Assembly: GCA_977017575.1 (NCBI GenBank)
Contig: CDRNVI010000207.1
Coordinates: forward strand, 1 to 64,000
Source of the DNA: Paramoeba atlantica
Lineage: Eukaryota; Protista; Discosea
Direction: 5' to 3'
DNA length: 64,000 bases
The notes below the pieces were generated by a model that saw nothing but the letters and a program-made list of their open reading frames with translations, did no database searches and had not been told where the DNA came from. Made by a program: the position numbers and the translations under genes. This document shows, one piece after another, positions 9,343-20,702 of this stretch; positions within the stretch are counted from its first letter, which is position 1, and each line of letters starts with the position of its first letter.

Positions 9343-11304
9343 TTATTTTGGTTGGAAGGGGGCTGTTGCTTGGCTGTGGATTCTTGAATTGAGTTCTGAT
9401 AAGTGGGCCATGAACTCCTTTGCTCTTTCATTTTGACCCAATTCTCGGAGCGCATTGACCATCAAAGAGTAGCACCTCATTAAACCAACGTGATCCTGAA
9501 TTTTGTGATTGTAATCGATTGCCTCTTGTAAAAGTTCGGTCGCTCTTTGAGGCTCTGAGGAAATTTTTAAGGCACCAAGATCACAAAGAGCCGACTTATA
9601 GATTTCTAGATCTCGATCTTGGCTCAATTCAAGAGCTTTCTGAAAATGACTTTCAGCATCTGACTCATTTCCAAGATCAAAATTGAGTTTTCCGAGATAT
9701 AAGCGCCCCATTCCTTCGAGCTCGGTCATTTGAGTAATTTCTGCCTTCTTTGTGAAAAAATCATGAGCTAGTTGAAGATGGGCACTTGCAATATCGAAAT
9801 TCTTCAAAATTCGGTGGAGATTCCCAACAAAGAGGAGGCACTTTGTTTGGAGAACAACCAATTCAAATTTTCGAGAAATCTTTTTTGTATGTGTCAGGGT
9901 GAGAACAATGATGGGATCCAAAAAAAGAACAAAAAAAGTCTCTTAACTGCTAATCCTTCTTGGTAATGGCGTAAGGCTTCGTCTTTAAGATTTAAGAATT
10001 CTTTGATCTGACCCATTTTACAATGCGATTCAATTTGACAAGAAGCGAGTTGACATTTGATCACAAAATCCAACGCCTTCTGATGTTGTTCAATCGCAGT
10101 TTCAAACTGATCTGTATGGTTTTTTTTTGTTGAGAGAGAGATAAAAATCAAATTTGAGAAAAAAGAGATAAACTTAATTTGACTGAACAGTCAGCAACGA
10201 GAGTCATTCCTTCCCAGCAGGGTCGATTTTGGAAGAATCTTTTGCTTTCTGCAGCATACTTCTCAAACTCGCTTTTGGCGCTCTTGTATCGTTTTCTTTT
10301 CATCACCTAAAAAAATTATAGATTAAAATCTTTTTTCATTTCTTTCTATTTTCTTTTCTTTCTTCTCAGCATCGTCATACCACATCCCCAAGAACACGAA
10401 GAGTGTGCAAGTATTCCTCCAAATAATTTTGGCCAGTGACAACGTTTTTGTAGTGCTGAGCTGCTACTCTTAAATGCTCTTCAGCCTATTCGAAAAAAAA
10501 GGGGTTTTAAGAGATAAAAATTCCTCCAATTGCAAGAACAAAGAAAAAGAAACTTGGTCAAAATCACCAATACTCCCAAGAATAATTCCGTATTGTGAAT
10601 TGATTTTTCCAGAGAGCCCGTGATCGACTGGCTCAACCTGGTCTGCCAATTGTAAACATGAGATAAACACTCTCTTTGCTTCCGGAATATTATTCTCTGC
10701 TGCGTATCTCTATTATGACAGGGGAGCATAATTTTGTGTCAATAACCATCCTGGAACAAAAAAAAAAGAGAAGAAGGAGGAATTCAAACCCTTCCTTGAA
10801 TTTGAAGCTCATAAGCCTTCGTCAATTGCTCAAAGGTTTTTTTTCTCTGTTTTTCTATTTCTTGTTTCTCAACCTCAGACTGCTTTTGCGTGTGTTTTGC
10901 TTTTTTTTCTTTCATCCTACAGGAAAAAAAAAAACTCAATGCCTGCAACCAAAAAATTATGAAAAAAAAGAAAAAAAACCAAAAATCCTTTACCTCAACA
11001 TGAATTTCGCTTCATCTTCTTTCAATCCACCTTTTTGGCAAACCAACATAATAAGTGGACCAACAACCATTTGGTGCTCAGTATCACCAAGACTTTCATA
11101 AATATCGAAAGCTTTGGAGAGACATTTCAAGGAACCCTGATAATTCTGTGATTGAAAATGAAGCCGCCCTTCTTCACAAAGCTCTTTTGCTCGATCATTT
11201 TCAGGTGAAGTTGCAGAAGAAAGAAAGCGATTAATTGACCCAACCCTTGATTGGGAAGCGAAAACTCTTGCTGATCGGGAGACTAAACAAGGGAGACGGG
11301 ACAT
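9343..11304 (-). CDS. Multi-exon TPR-repeat protein with probable mitochondrial presequence
   Basis: N-terminus MSRLPCLVSRSARVFASQSRVGSINRFLSSA is R/S/L-rich with no acidic residues. TPR-like helices in successive exons (AKELCEEGRLHFQSQNYQGSLKCLSKAFDIY; EALRHYQEGLAV; AESHFQKALELS). Internal exon boundaries only partly resolved. Confidence 0.75.
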
Positions 11305-11899
11305 GGCCTGAGGAATTCCGTTTCCGTTTCTCTCGAAAAAAAATAGGGAACAAAACCACTCCAACCCTAATTTGGTGTTCTTTTGGTTCTCCTCTTTTGG
11401 TTTTTGGGTTTCCTTGGAGGCAACAAACGGAGATGCTGCAGGAGCAGCAGTTTCTTTTCTTTTCAAAGATGTGTTCCCCATCATGTCCAAGAAACAACAA
11501 AAAAGAAACAAAACAAAACAAGGTCATTTTTTTCCCAAAGAAGAGGGTTGAGAATCTGTCATCTTCACCGCAGAGTCTGCCGCTCAGGTGACTCAACCTC
11601 CTGCTTGATTGGTGCTGGTCAATCCCTGTGCGAGAAGAAGACCGAGAAAACAGCAGTATGAACTTTGGGAGTTTCTTTTGACGCCTTTTGACTTGTGCAA
11701 TGCCCACCACCAATAACAGTTTATTGAAACAGCCTTGAACAGCCTGCTTTGGCAATGTTGCTTTGCTTATTGATGGATCTTGTACTTTTATACAAGAATT
11801 TAAGTCACATCTTTGGCTCAGCGGTTTATATCTGTCTCTTGACCCTCACGACCCACCTACAGAAAGCAAAAAGGTAAGATAAGTCAAATTTGTTCTCTC

Positions 11900-12620
11900 A
11901 AGAAGCTCTGATGAAGCAAAACTTCTCAAAAGACATTTTGATGAGTGATACTTGGATGCCTCATCTGATTTTTCTAAGACTTTCTGTATTCATGTTGGCA
12001 TGAGTCAACATGAGTTGGGTGTGGTCCTCTGGACATTGAAGAACTTTAAACATAAACTCTGTGAGTGTGACCCAATTATCTTTTGTGATTGTGACCCAAT
12101 TGTCTTTTGTGATTGTGAGGCTTTAAAGACATTGTTTTTGTGTGGATCACAAAAAGTATGCCCTGTGACTGGGTTGCTTGAAGAAATCTTTGTTGAACAA
12201 TGAGGAAAGAGAACAAGGTTGAGGTTGTTGGCCAACAACCTCTGCTTGCTTTGTATTGAGGAGTAAATATGAAAGTGACTTGATCTAGCTGGTGTTGGAG
12301 GGATCTTAGTGGTAATGGGAGATCCTGTTGAGTTGAAGCCACTTTCTCAACATCTTTGTTGGTGTTGCAAGCACCCAGATGTGTACAACTTGTTGAAAAA
12401 CATGCTTTGTTTTATTTTTGAGATTATGTCAAATTCAAATTCCTCTGGAGGAGCTCTGGAAATTGGTGGAAATGGAAATATATTGAATAGTTGGTGTGAT
12501 GTTTTGGGAGGTGAGGAAGAGAAGGAGTGTTGGATTGAATATTTTGATAGAAAGTGTTTGAGATGTCATGAACACACTCATCAATTCAGTGATTTTGGAG
12601 GGGAGCTTTTTGAAAGTTGA
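11900..12620 (+). mobile_element. Decayed Ty3/gypsy RNase H / integrase Zn-finger fragment
   Basis: DASS...ELGVVLWTLKNFKHKL...IIFCD..ALKTL (RNase H, with a 21-bp internal duplication), then RCHEHTHQF (HHCC-like); multiple stops. Confidence 0.55.
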
Positions 12621-12909
12621 AGAGAAAAGGGGAGAGAATTTCTCTCAAGAGAACAGCCCAATACTTTCTAATGATTTGGTTGATAGTATTGGTCACAGAA
12701 ATAGATTTGAGCTGGGGGGGTAGGGGGGTGTTGTCAAAGAACAAATGGTTCACTGCATTCTTGAATAAAGGAGTTGAGTCTTCTATGGAATAGTATGGAG
12801 ATAAAGACAAGAACAGAGAACAAGAACAAAGAACAAAGAAAGAACAAGCTTGGTTCAATGTCTTTTATCAAATGTGTTCCAAAAGCCAAAAAGAACAAAA
12901 GAAAGTTTA

Positions 12910-13629
12910 CATTACAGAATTTTTATATAGAGCTTATGTGTCAGCTTTTGCACAGGAGCTCTGTGCTCCTTGTGGATTGCAACAAAACAACAAAGTTGAT
13001 TTTAGTGCTTCAAATTTAGCATGCTTGTCCAAGTTGCACTTTTGCCATAACCAACACACATTGATTCCTCTTCTTGGAAATTTCATATTTGTGAAACACC
13101 TTTTCCCTTTCCTTTTCACAATTTCCTTTTCAATTTCCTTTCCAATTTCCTTTCTGATTTCCTTTTCCCAAATTGTTCTCCCAATTCCTTTTCCCCAACA
13201 AACATGCTTCCAAACCAAAGAGAATAAAACACAAACCAAGAGCAGATAACAACAATCACCCTTGTGCACCTGACAACACTGCAATTCAAACTCATATGCT
13301 CCCACCCACCACATTACAGAATTTTTGTATGGTCTGATGTGCCAAAAGATGATTGATTCTTTTCAAATATAAAACTTCAAAGTCCTTTTGTTTTCTAATA
13401 AAGAAAATACAAACTGATGTTCCATAAAACTTTTAGACTTCAAAAAGGTGTAGTACAGTTAGAAAATTTAGAGAAAAATGACTTTTCACAAACTTTTTGA
13501 CTTACCAAAAAGATTTTGCAGATGATCTTTTTACCTCTCTTTCACCACAGTTTTTTCAAACAAATAGTTCTTCTCACTGATCACCAATGAAAAGCTGACA
13601 CATAAGCTCTATATAAAAATTCCATAATG
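12910..13629. repeat. About 40-bp imperfect inverted repeat pair (MITE-like or rearrangement junction)
   Basis: GAATTTTTATATAGAGCTTATGTGTCAGCTTTT at 12918-12950 is the reverse complement of 13590-13622, extending imperfectly to 12910/13629. No TSD seen. Confidence 0.7.
13330..13590 (+). mobile_element. Non-LTR (LINE) reverse transcriptase fragment
   Basis: FRLQKGVVQ (GVxQG-like) followed after a frameshift by DFADDL. Confidence 0.5.
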
Positions 13630-14324
13630 ACTCCCACCAACCATAACCACCACTTCCATAAAACTGCTGCTCTTAGAAACCCACCACCACCCCATCACCA
13701 AACCCTTTGTCTATTATTGTTGATTTTTGTCACCAGTCTGCAATGCTTATCATCTCCTGAAAGCTTACTTTTTTTTCTTTCTTTCTTTTTTTTATCCTAA
13801 TCTGAATTCTTTTATTTTCACACTTTTTGGCATAAATTTCTTCTTTTTTAGAGATTTAAGTTTTACAAACCTTGATCCTATCAAATAATTCTGGTTTCAC
13901 ACCAATGGACTTTTACAGTCACTAATCAATGCTCTCCTCAGCTGAGAAAGTTGTACACATGCAAACAAATTGAAACACTGCTTTCCATCTTGAGATGTTC
14001 AAAACATTCAAAAAAAAAAAAAGACAAATCACAACAGTGATTACCACTTACTCTGAATAAAACCAGTTGGATTCCTCAACCCAACATTCTGCTTGAACAA
14101 CAAACCATTGCAACAACTCAATTCATATTCATGGGCAATGAAATGTGTCAGGTTGTGAGAGTGTTTCAACTCTTGAAGATGCTTCTTGATTTGGTGTTGT
14201 TTTGTTGTTTCCTCTGTGTTTTCCCAATTAGGGAGTGTTTTGTTTTGCCCAAATTTGTGTTTTGTCATGAATTTGGTTTGTATTGCTTTTGTTGTGCTTT
14301 GAGCAGAAGTTGTAGAAAAATAAG

Positions 14325-14743
14325 GGTTGGTGCCTGTAGTTTAGTCATAAATTCAACTATGTCCAACCTTGGGGGGGCAAGTTCAAATCCCAGTTTTTCA
14401 ATATTTTAGGAAATTTTTCTGGTGCTGTAAAGTGATTTGATTGGAGTGAGGAGCTTTTGAAGAAGTGTGAAAATTGGAACAGGTTACATCTCAGCCCTAT
14501 CTGCTAAAAAGTTGAGGATAAATTCCTTTGGAAGGAGCTTTGGATTATTCTCCCTTCTGATGTGCATTCTCCAGCCTGAACTTGCAGAAGTTCTAAAGTT
14601 CAGCATAAAGACTGACTGAACTAAGCTGAAGTTTAAAACTTCACCTCTTGTTAGAGGTTAAAAACAAACATAATTTAATGTAATTCAAATGGCTTAAATT
14701 AAGAACTACTAATTGAATAAAGTCTGCCTCAAAAAGAAAAAAA
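14325..14743 (+). mobile_element. SINE family A, full length (tRNA-derived head)
   Basis: A-box-like TAGTTTAGTCATAAA, B-box GTTCAAATCC, AATAAA plus A-rich tail, TSD AGAAGTTGTAGAAAA on both sides. Confidence 0.9.
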
Positions 14744-15930
14744 GAAGTTGTAGAAAACATAGTAAATTTAAGAAATTTAAACTGATCTGTTTCTTTGTTC
14801 TGTTTGTATTATTAGTAGAGATGCACCACTCTGTACTTTTTTTCAGAAGTTCACTCCACTTCTGTGTTTTGGTTCTTTTTCCATTTATTTTCAGTTGTAC
14901 ATTAGCCACAAGTGATGATATTTCTACATTGCCCTATCTTCAAGAGGGAACATTTTGGTTGGGTCTTCTTGCAAGGATGTGAGAAGATGTGAGGGAGAGA
15001 AACTTTAATTATATTCTTCCCTGGGTAATGTTCTTCCTATTATTCTCCTTGAATGTGTGATATGGGATTTTTTGTTTTTGGAAGAGAACAGAAGATAGTC
15101 ATTGTCAAATGAATTTTCTACCTAATGTGAGCATTGGGAGACCTCATTTAGAAAATAGTGGTGTAGGTAGGCCATGGCAGACAAGCAGTCTGACAGCTCT
15201 ATATGATGGAGATGTGGTTGTATGACCAGTTTCTGCTTGGAACACAGACAGGGAGAGGAGTCATCTTCAGGCTGATGAGCAAGAAGTATCCAATTCCCAG
15301 GATGCAGCATTGAGAAGAACTCTGTCTCAGATGACACAGGAGATGGAGGATCATAGTTGAACTTTTAAGACCATGAAGGGTCTTTTGAAGTTAAATACAC
15401 CATGTGATGATGTTGAAAAACTTTTGTTTTTTCAGAGTGATTTCTACTGGAAAATGAGAAATAATGTTGAAGACAGGAGTCTTTGGCATTGTTACTTGTT
15501 TGAAGCAATTTCTGGAGATTCAAAGTTAAGTCTTCAGAGAATGGATTACTCTACTATGGGTGTTTCAAATATTATTACATTTTTGTTTCAAGATAATCTT
15601 GGTGCTGAGTGGCAAAAAAAAATTTGTGTAGCTGCAAGGAACATGAAACAAAAGCCTTCTGAGAGGATCAAGCCATTTATGAATTGGCTTGAGATGTATT
15701 TAGAGGTATTGAATATAGAACTTGATTTGGCTGATGTGAAAAGTATTCTGTATCATGCTCTGCTTCTAAAATATTGTGATGTTTTTGAAAGTAAGTTTGA
15801 AAATTTTAATCTTAATGAAACACCTTGGTGTTCTCTAGAAGAATATGGTTTTTAGGCAAAATTGTTTCACAGTTTTGCAAATGTGGGTTCTGGTTCTGAG
15901 AGCTTGAGGAAGTGTTATTATTGTGGAAAA

Positions 15931-16459
15931 TGTTAGAATATCAGTATTCTTGGTTTGAAGAATGTTTGACTTAATGGAGAACATCATTTGTGAATTCTAT
16001 GATCACAAGTTGTGCTATCCTGAAGCGCCTCATCTTCCTCTTTCGGATGGTGCTAGTTCCATCTGAATCTGACAACTACACACCGAGATATTAATCAATC
16101 ATTGAATTGTGCCTTCAAGAATACCTTTGCCCTATTTCAGACCCAATTTGATTGCATAGTGTATTCTCCATATTCTGATCTTTCAGCCCGTGAATTTATT
16201 TGTGCTGACATCATCTGTTGTTCCCTTCCTTAAACTTGTTGTGTCTTTGTGTCTCTTACATGTGCTTTTATTTGTGTGTGTTTCTTTGCTTTTGCACTTG
16301 GTGTCACATTGACAAAATGTGTGCTTGAAATCTGTTCGTAAATAAACGCGTGAGAGACTTTGTTTTTTTTCACATTCCCAGCTCTCGCCATGGAATGAAG
16401 TTTGCACCTTTCTTTTCTTTTCTCAGCAATCTTCTTCCACCAAACCCCACCACTTGACA
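15931..16459 (+). mobile_element. Solo LTR of the copia-1 family
   Basis: TG...CA, 529 bp, 5-bp TSD GAAAA; near-identical in reverse complement to 20703-21227; inserted in the Ty3 gag zinc knuckle. Confidence 0.93.
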
Positions 16460-18272
16460 GAAAACATGGTCATGTTTGAAGCAATTGTCCATCTCAAAGA
16501 TTGAAGAGTTCATCTGAGAAAATTTCATCTAAGAGAGTTTCATCTGAGAAAAGAGTGTCTTATGAGAAACAAACTTTATTACAAAAAGGGAAATGTTTTA
16601 ACTGTTGAAAAACTGGACATATGATGAGAGATTGTCCTGAAAAGAAGTCAATGATTGATTTGGGGGGTGGAAACTCTCTGGTAGATTTGTCAAATTATTT
16701 GAAAGAAAAATCTAACTATGATTTGTTCTTGAGTGAGGCTGAACTTGCTTTTGAGAAATTTGATAGCAGTATTTCTATTTGTTCTCCACCTGATGATATG
16801 AAAGTTTATATTCCTGTAACCACACAGGGGTGGGCTCAAGCTGCACTTGCAGTCAAGGCAATTTGTGGGTTTGAATCAGACTGCTGGAGAGGTTTCAACA
16901 CCCTGAAAGTTAGCTGATGTTATTGCCCACCTTAACTCACAAACAGTCTCAACTTGACTTTCTTCCATTGTCCAAACTTTCAACCATTAAAAAAAAAACC
17001 AAAAAAAACATTGATTGTTGAAAAAATAACTTCAACAGTTGAAAAAAAACAACAAAGATTTTGATTGTTAAAAAAAAACCAAGAAAAACATCAACCATCA
17101 AAAAAATAATTTCAACAGTCAAAAAAAAATAAAAAAAAATCAACCATTGAAGGTTTCTAAAAGGGAGGAATTTTCCTATTTTTTTTTTGAAAAATTCTGG
17201 GCCAGAGTTTTGGGTGAGGGTGAAATCCAAAGTTTTTTCGTTTTGAAATGAAAAAATTTCAAAAAATTCAAAAAATTTCAAAAAAAATAAATTTTTTATT
17301 TTGACTAAAAAAACAAAAATAAAAAGGAAGAGAATTCAATATTTTGAATTGATGAATGCCACTTAAGAGATCTTCATACCCATCATTTTCTTCTACAGAA
17401 CAAATGGGAAAAGGTGATAAAATCTTGTTTAGAAGAGGATGAAGAGGAGAAAGTTGGATTCTATGATTCATCAAATAATAAACAATTAACAGAACAATAA
17501 TTTACATCCCTGCACTTGAAGAAAAAGAAACAGTGGTTGCCTGAAAAGTGTGCACCAACCCAAAAAAAATCTCAATCAATCCTCTCAAATTCACTGTCTG
17601 GCAATCATCCTTTCAAAACAAACACATCAAGGAACTGAAAGAAAAAACAAAACAAAAAACAAAATAAAAAAACACAAAAGCAAACACACACAAACAAAAA
17701 CAAAACAAAAAAGAAATAAAAAAAAAACAATCAAACAAAAGAATAAACAAACAAAAGCAAACACACAAACAAAAACAAAACAAAAGAAAAACCAAAAAAA
17801 AACAATCAAACAAAAGAACAAACAAACAAAAACAAAAGAAAAACTGAAAGAACAGAACTGAACAGAAAAAATGAAAAAAAACACGCTCCTCCCCCAAGTA
17901 AGGTGCCAAGTCTTTTCATTTTTTTCTTTTCAAAGAAAGACAGCAAGAAAAAAATCATAATATTTTTGTGTGACAGAGTTTTGTTTTTTTTTTTGCTTTT
18001 TCTGTTCACATTCACGTTCCCCTTCTTGGTTTTCTTGTTTTTTTTTTTTTTTCTGGTTAATTTGTTTTTTTTTTATTTTTAGTTGAATAAATTGTTATTT
18101 ATGACTCTCTTGGGGGTTGTGGAGTTTCTGCTTTTGAGGTTTCTTTTTTTTTTCAATTTCTCCCCTCTCTCTCCCTTTCTCTTTTTTCCTTTCTTTTCAA
18201 ACTGAAACACCTTTTTAGAAAATCAAAAAAATGTTCTCAAAATGGAAGAAACTGAAGAAAGCAACCTGTGTT

Positions 18273-18340
18273 GAGGTAATATGTAACAGCCAAGAGGTAA
18301 TATCTCCAATCAAGAGGTAATATGTTCCAGCCAAGAGGTT
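18273..18340 (+). repeat. Minisatellite, about 3.5 x 20-21 bp (CAAGAGGTAATAT core)
   Basis: GAGGTAAT at 18273, 18294, 18314 and a partial copy at 18335. Confidence 0.7.
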
Positions 18341-18420
18341 TTTACATTTCTTTGATTGTTTTTCTTTCCATCTTATGAATGAAAAGCAAAATGCAACTGA
18401 GTGTGGAATTTTTTTATTAG

Positions 18421-18846
18421 CTTTTTTTTTTTTTCTTTTTGAGGCAGACTTTATTCAATTAGTAGTTCTTAATCTAAGCCATTTGAATTACATTAAATTA
18501 TGTTTGTTTTTAACCTCTAACGAGAGGTGAAGTTTTAAACTTCAGCTTAGTTCAGTCAGTCTTTATGCTGAACTTTAGAACTTCTGCAAGTTCAGGCTGG
18601 AGGATGCACATCAGAAGGGAGAATAATCCAAAGTTCCTTCCAAGGGAATTTACCCTCAACTTTTTAGCAGACAGGGCTGAGATGTAACCTGTTCCGATTT
18701 TCACACTTCTTCAAGAGCTCCTCACTTCAATCAAATCACTCTACAGCACCAGAAAAATTTTCTATAATATCGAAAAACTGGGATTTGAATTCGCCCCCCT
18801 GGTGTTGGACATAGTCGAATTTACGACTAAACTACAGGCGCCAACC
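18421..18846 (-). mobile_element. SINE family A, full length (least CpG-decayed copy)
   Basis: Head GGTTGGCGCCTGTAGTTTAGTCGTAAATTCG...GCGAATTCAAATCCC; poly(A) tail; flanking TTATTAGCTTTTT duplication. Confidence 0.9.
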
Positions 18847-20702
18847 AAATTTTTATTATTAGCTTTTTGCTATTGTTTGCCTTTGAGATTCCACTCAAAA
18901 ATTTTGTTTAAAACATGCACCATTCTTAGAAGGAAGGTATTTGTGGAGTTGATAACACAAAAGATTATTCCACCATAAACCTCCCTCCAGTTCAATTTCA
19001 GCAACCTTTTTATTTCCATTTTTCTCTTTTTTTTGTTTGAAAAAAAACTTTCATTTTCCATTTCAATCTCATTTTCAAAATTTTGAATTTTTTTTTCAAA
19101 ACAAAAAAACTTTGAGTTTCACCCTCACCCAAAACTCTGGCCCAGAGTTTTGTGAAAAAAAAAAAAACATAAAAAAGTTGGTTTTTTCAGGTTTTTTAGA
19201 AACCCTCATTAAAAAAAAAGTGTTTTTTTTTTGTGTTTTTTTTCAACCACTGAAAAACAAAGCTGCCACTGGTTTTTCCTCTCCAGAACTGAAAGAAAGG
19301 TTGAAAAGAGTGTTTGAGAGTGAGTTTTGAGGTGTTTTTTGAAGAAAAAAAAAAGAATTTGTTTCTTTTTTCACTTTTTTATCATCAAATGAATTTACAG
19401 TAAGAAATCTCTTTCTGTTTGGATCAATCAACAAAACAGGTTCTTTTTTTTCCTTCCACAACATCATTATCTTCAACTTCAACACCAATCTTTTCTTTCA
19501 AATCAAACAATTTAATCATCAAAAGAATAACAAATACACACTTTTTTTCCTTTTTCCTTTTCTTTTTTGTTTTATTTCTTTAACCTTCACCATCCTCATT
19601 CAACCAAAAAACAAACAAATCAAAAGAGAGACCACAAGAGTGAACACATGAATATAACATCAGATTTTTTTTTTGAAGGCTCAAAAGGAATATCTAAAGT
19701 CACTTCAGCCCCAAAAAATGCCATGATTGCAAGTGCAGCTTGAGCTCACCCCTGTGTGTGGGGTCAAGAAAAATCTCTGGATGTTTGGACAATTTTTAAC
19801 CCAGTGATGATGATTTCATGTTGTAACTATAATTTATGGAAAGGTTTGGAGGGTGAAGTTGGAATAGGTAAAACTAGCATGATGGGGATTGGGGGTAAAT
19901 CATTTAATTTAATGAAATTTAAATGGGTTTACAGGTATACTCTTACCTATCAAGTGAAAATTAAAATCTGGAGGAATGTTATGTTGGGTGGAAATTGAAT
20001 TGTACTCAATTGAGATGATGCTAAGGAATTAGGAGTCTCAGTTGAAGGTGTTCATTCAGTTTTTCCCTCTCAAAAAATAATTTCCTTTAGGGATGATCAT
20101 GTTTGGTGTGAAGAGGAGGAAGTTTCTGTAGATGAGACCCAGTGAGAGAAAGAGAAGGTTGATATACTTCTTCAAAGTGTTGAAAGTGCTTTGAATGCAA
20201 ATGCTAAGCTTCCAACAAGCAGTTTTTGTAATTTGATTAATTTAGAATTTCAAGTTGTTCTTAGAGATTCTAATCCTGTGTATACTCAACAGTATCCAAT
20301 TCCCCAAGATATTCAGCCTGCAGTTCACCAAAGAATCAAAGAATGGGTGGACAATGGTTGGGTTAAGAAGTGGGATAAGAATTCAAAAAATGTTTGGAAT
20401 TCTCCTCTCCTGGCAGTGCCAAAACAATTTGGTGGTGTGAATGAGGCTAATGATATAAGATTGTGTAATAATTTGTGAAAAGTTAATTCAAAATCAAAGG
20501 AACCAATTTATACTTTGCCAACACCTGTCAAAATGTTTAGAACAGTTGGTGGTGTGAAATTTTTCACTGAGATTGATTTGTTTAGTGCTTACCACCATAT
20601 TAAAGTGGAGGAAGATAGTCAACCTCTGCTTGGTTTTGTCAATCCTCAAGGAATTCAGTATGTTTGGATGAGATTACCTTTTGGTCCCAAAGGTGTAGTT
20701 AC

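Larger units (their letters stand above)
17191..19151. repeat. Long imperfect inverted repeat pair around about 1.9 kb (foldback/TIR-like element)
   Basis: 17191-17248 (core CTGGGCCAGAGTTTTGGGTGAGGGTGAAA) matches the reverse complement of 19095-19151. Weaker inverted similarity extends outward (GGTTTCTAAAA). Confidence 0.75.
15373..20702 (+). mobile_element. Decayed Ty3/gypsy element (gag with two CCHC knuckles, RT), interrupted by three insertions
   Basis: Removing the solo LTR restores CYYCGKHGHV*SNCP; second knuckle CFNC*KTGHMMRDCP. RT motifs at 20191-20702 (PVYTQQYPIP, WNSPLLAVPK, EIDLFSAYHHI, WMRLPFG). Truncated by the copia LTR at 20703. Confidence 0.85.

Noticed and set aside
11362-11372. 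Telomere-like CCCTAA
   Set aside because: Single occurrence, no array.
14325-14400. tRNA genes at SINE heads
   Set aside because: A and B boxes are present, but there is no full cloverleaf, and each head continues into a SINE body with tail and TSD.
17550-18060. K/Q/T-rich and F/C-rich ORFs (also near 27.0 and 46.9 kb)
   Set aside because: Translations of low-complexity A/C or poly-T tracts and introns.
18273-18340. CRISPR-like array
   Set aside because: Units are 20-21 bp in total with about 7-bp variable parts, there are no cas genes, and the context is eukaryotic; it is a minisatellite.
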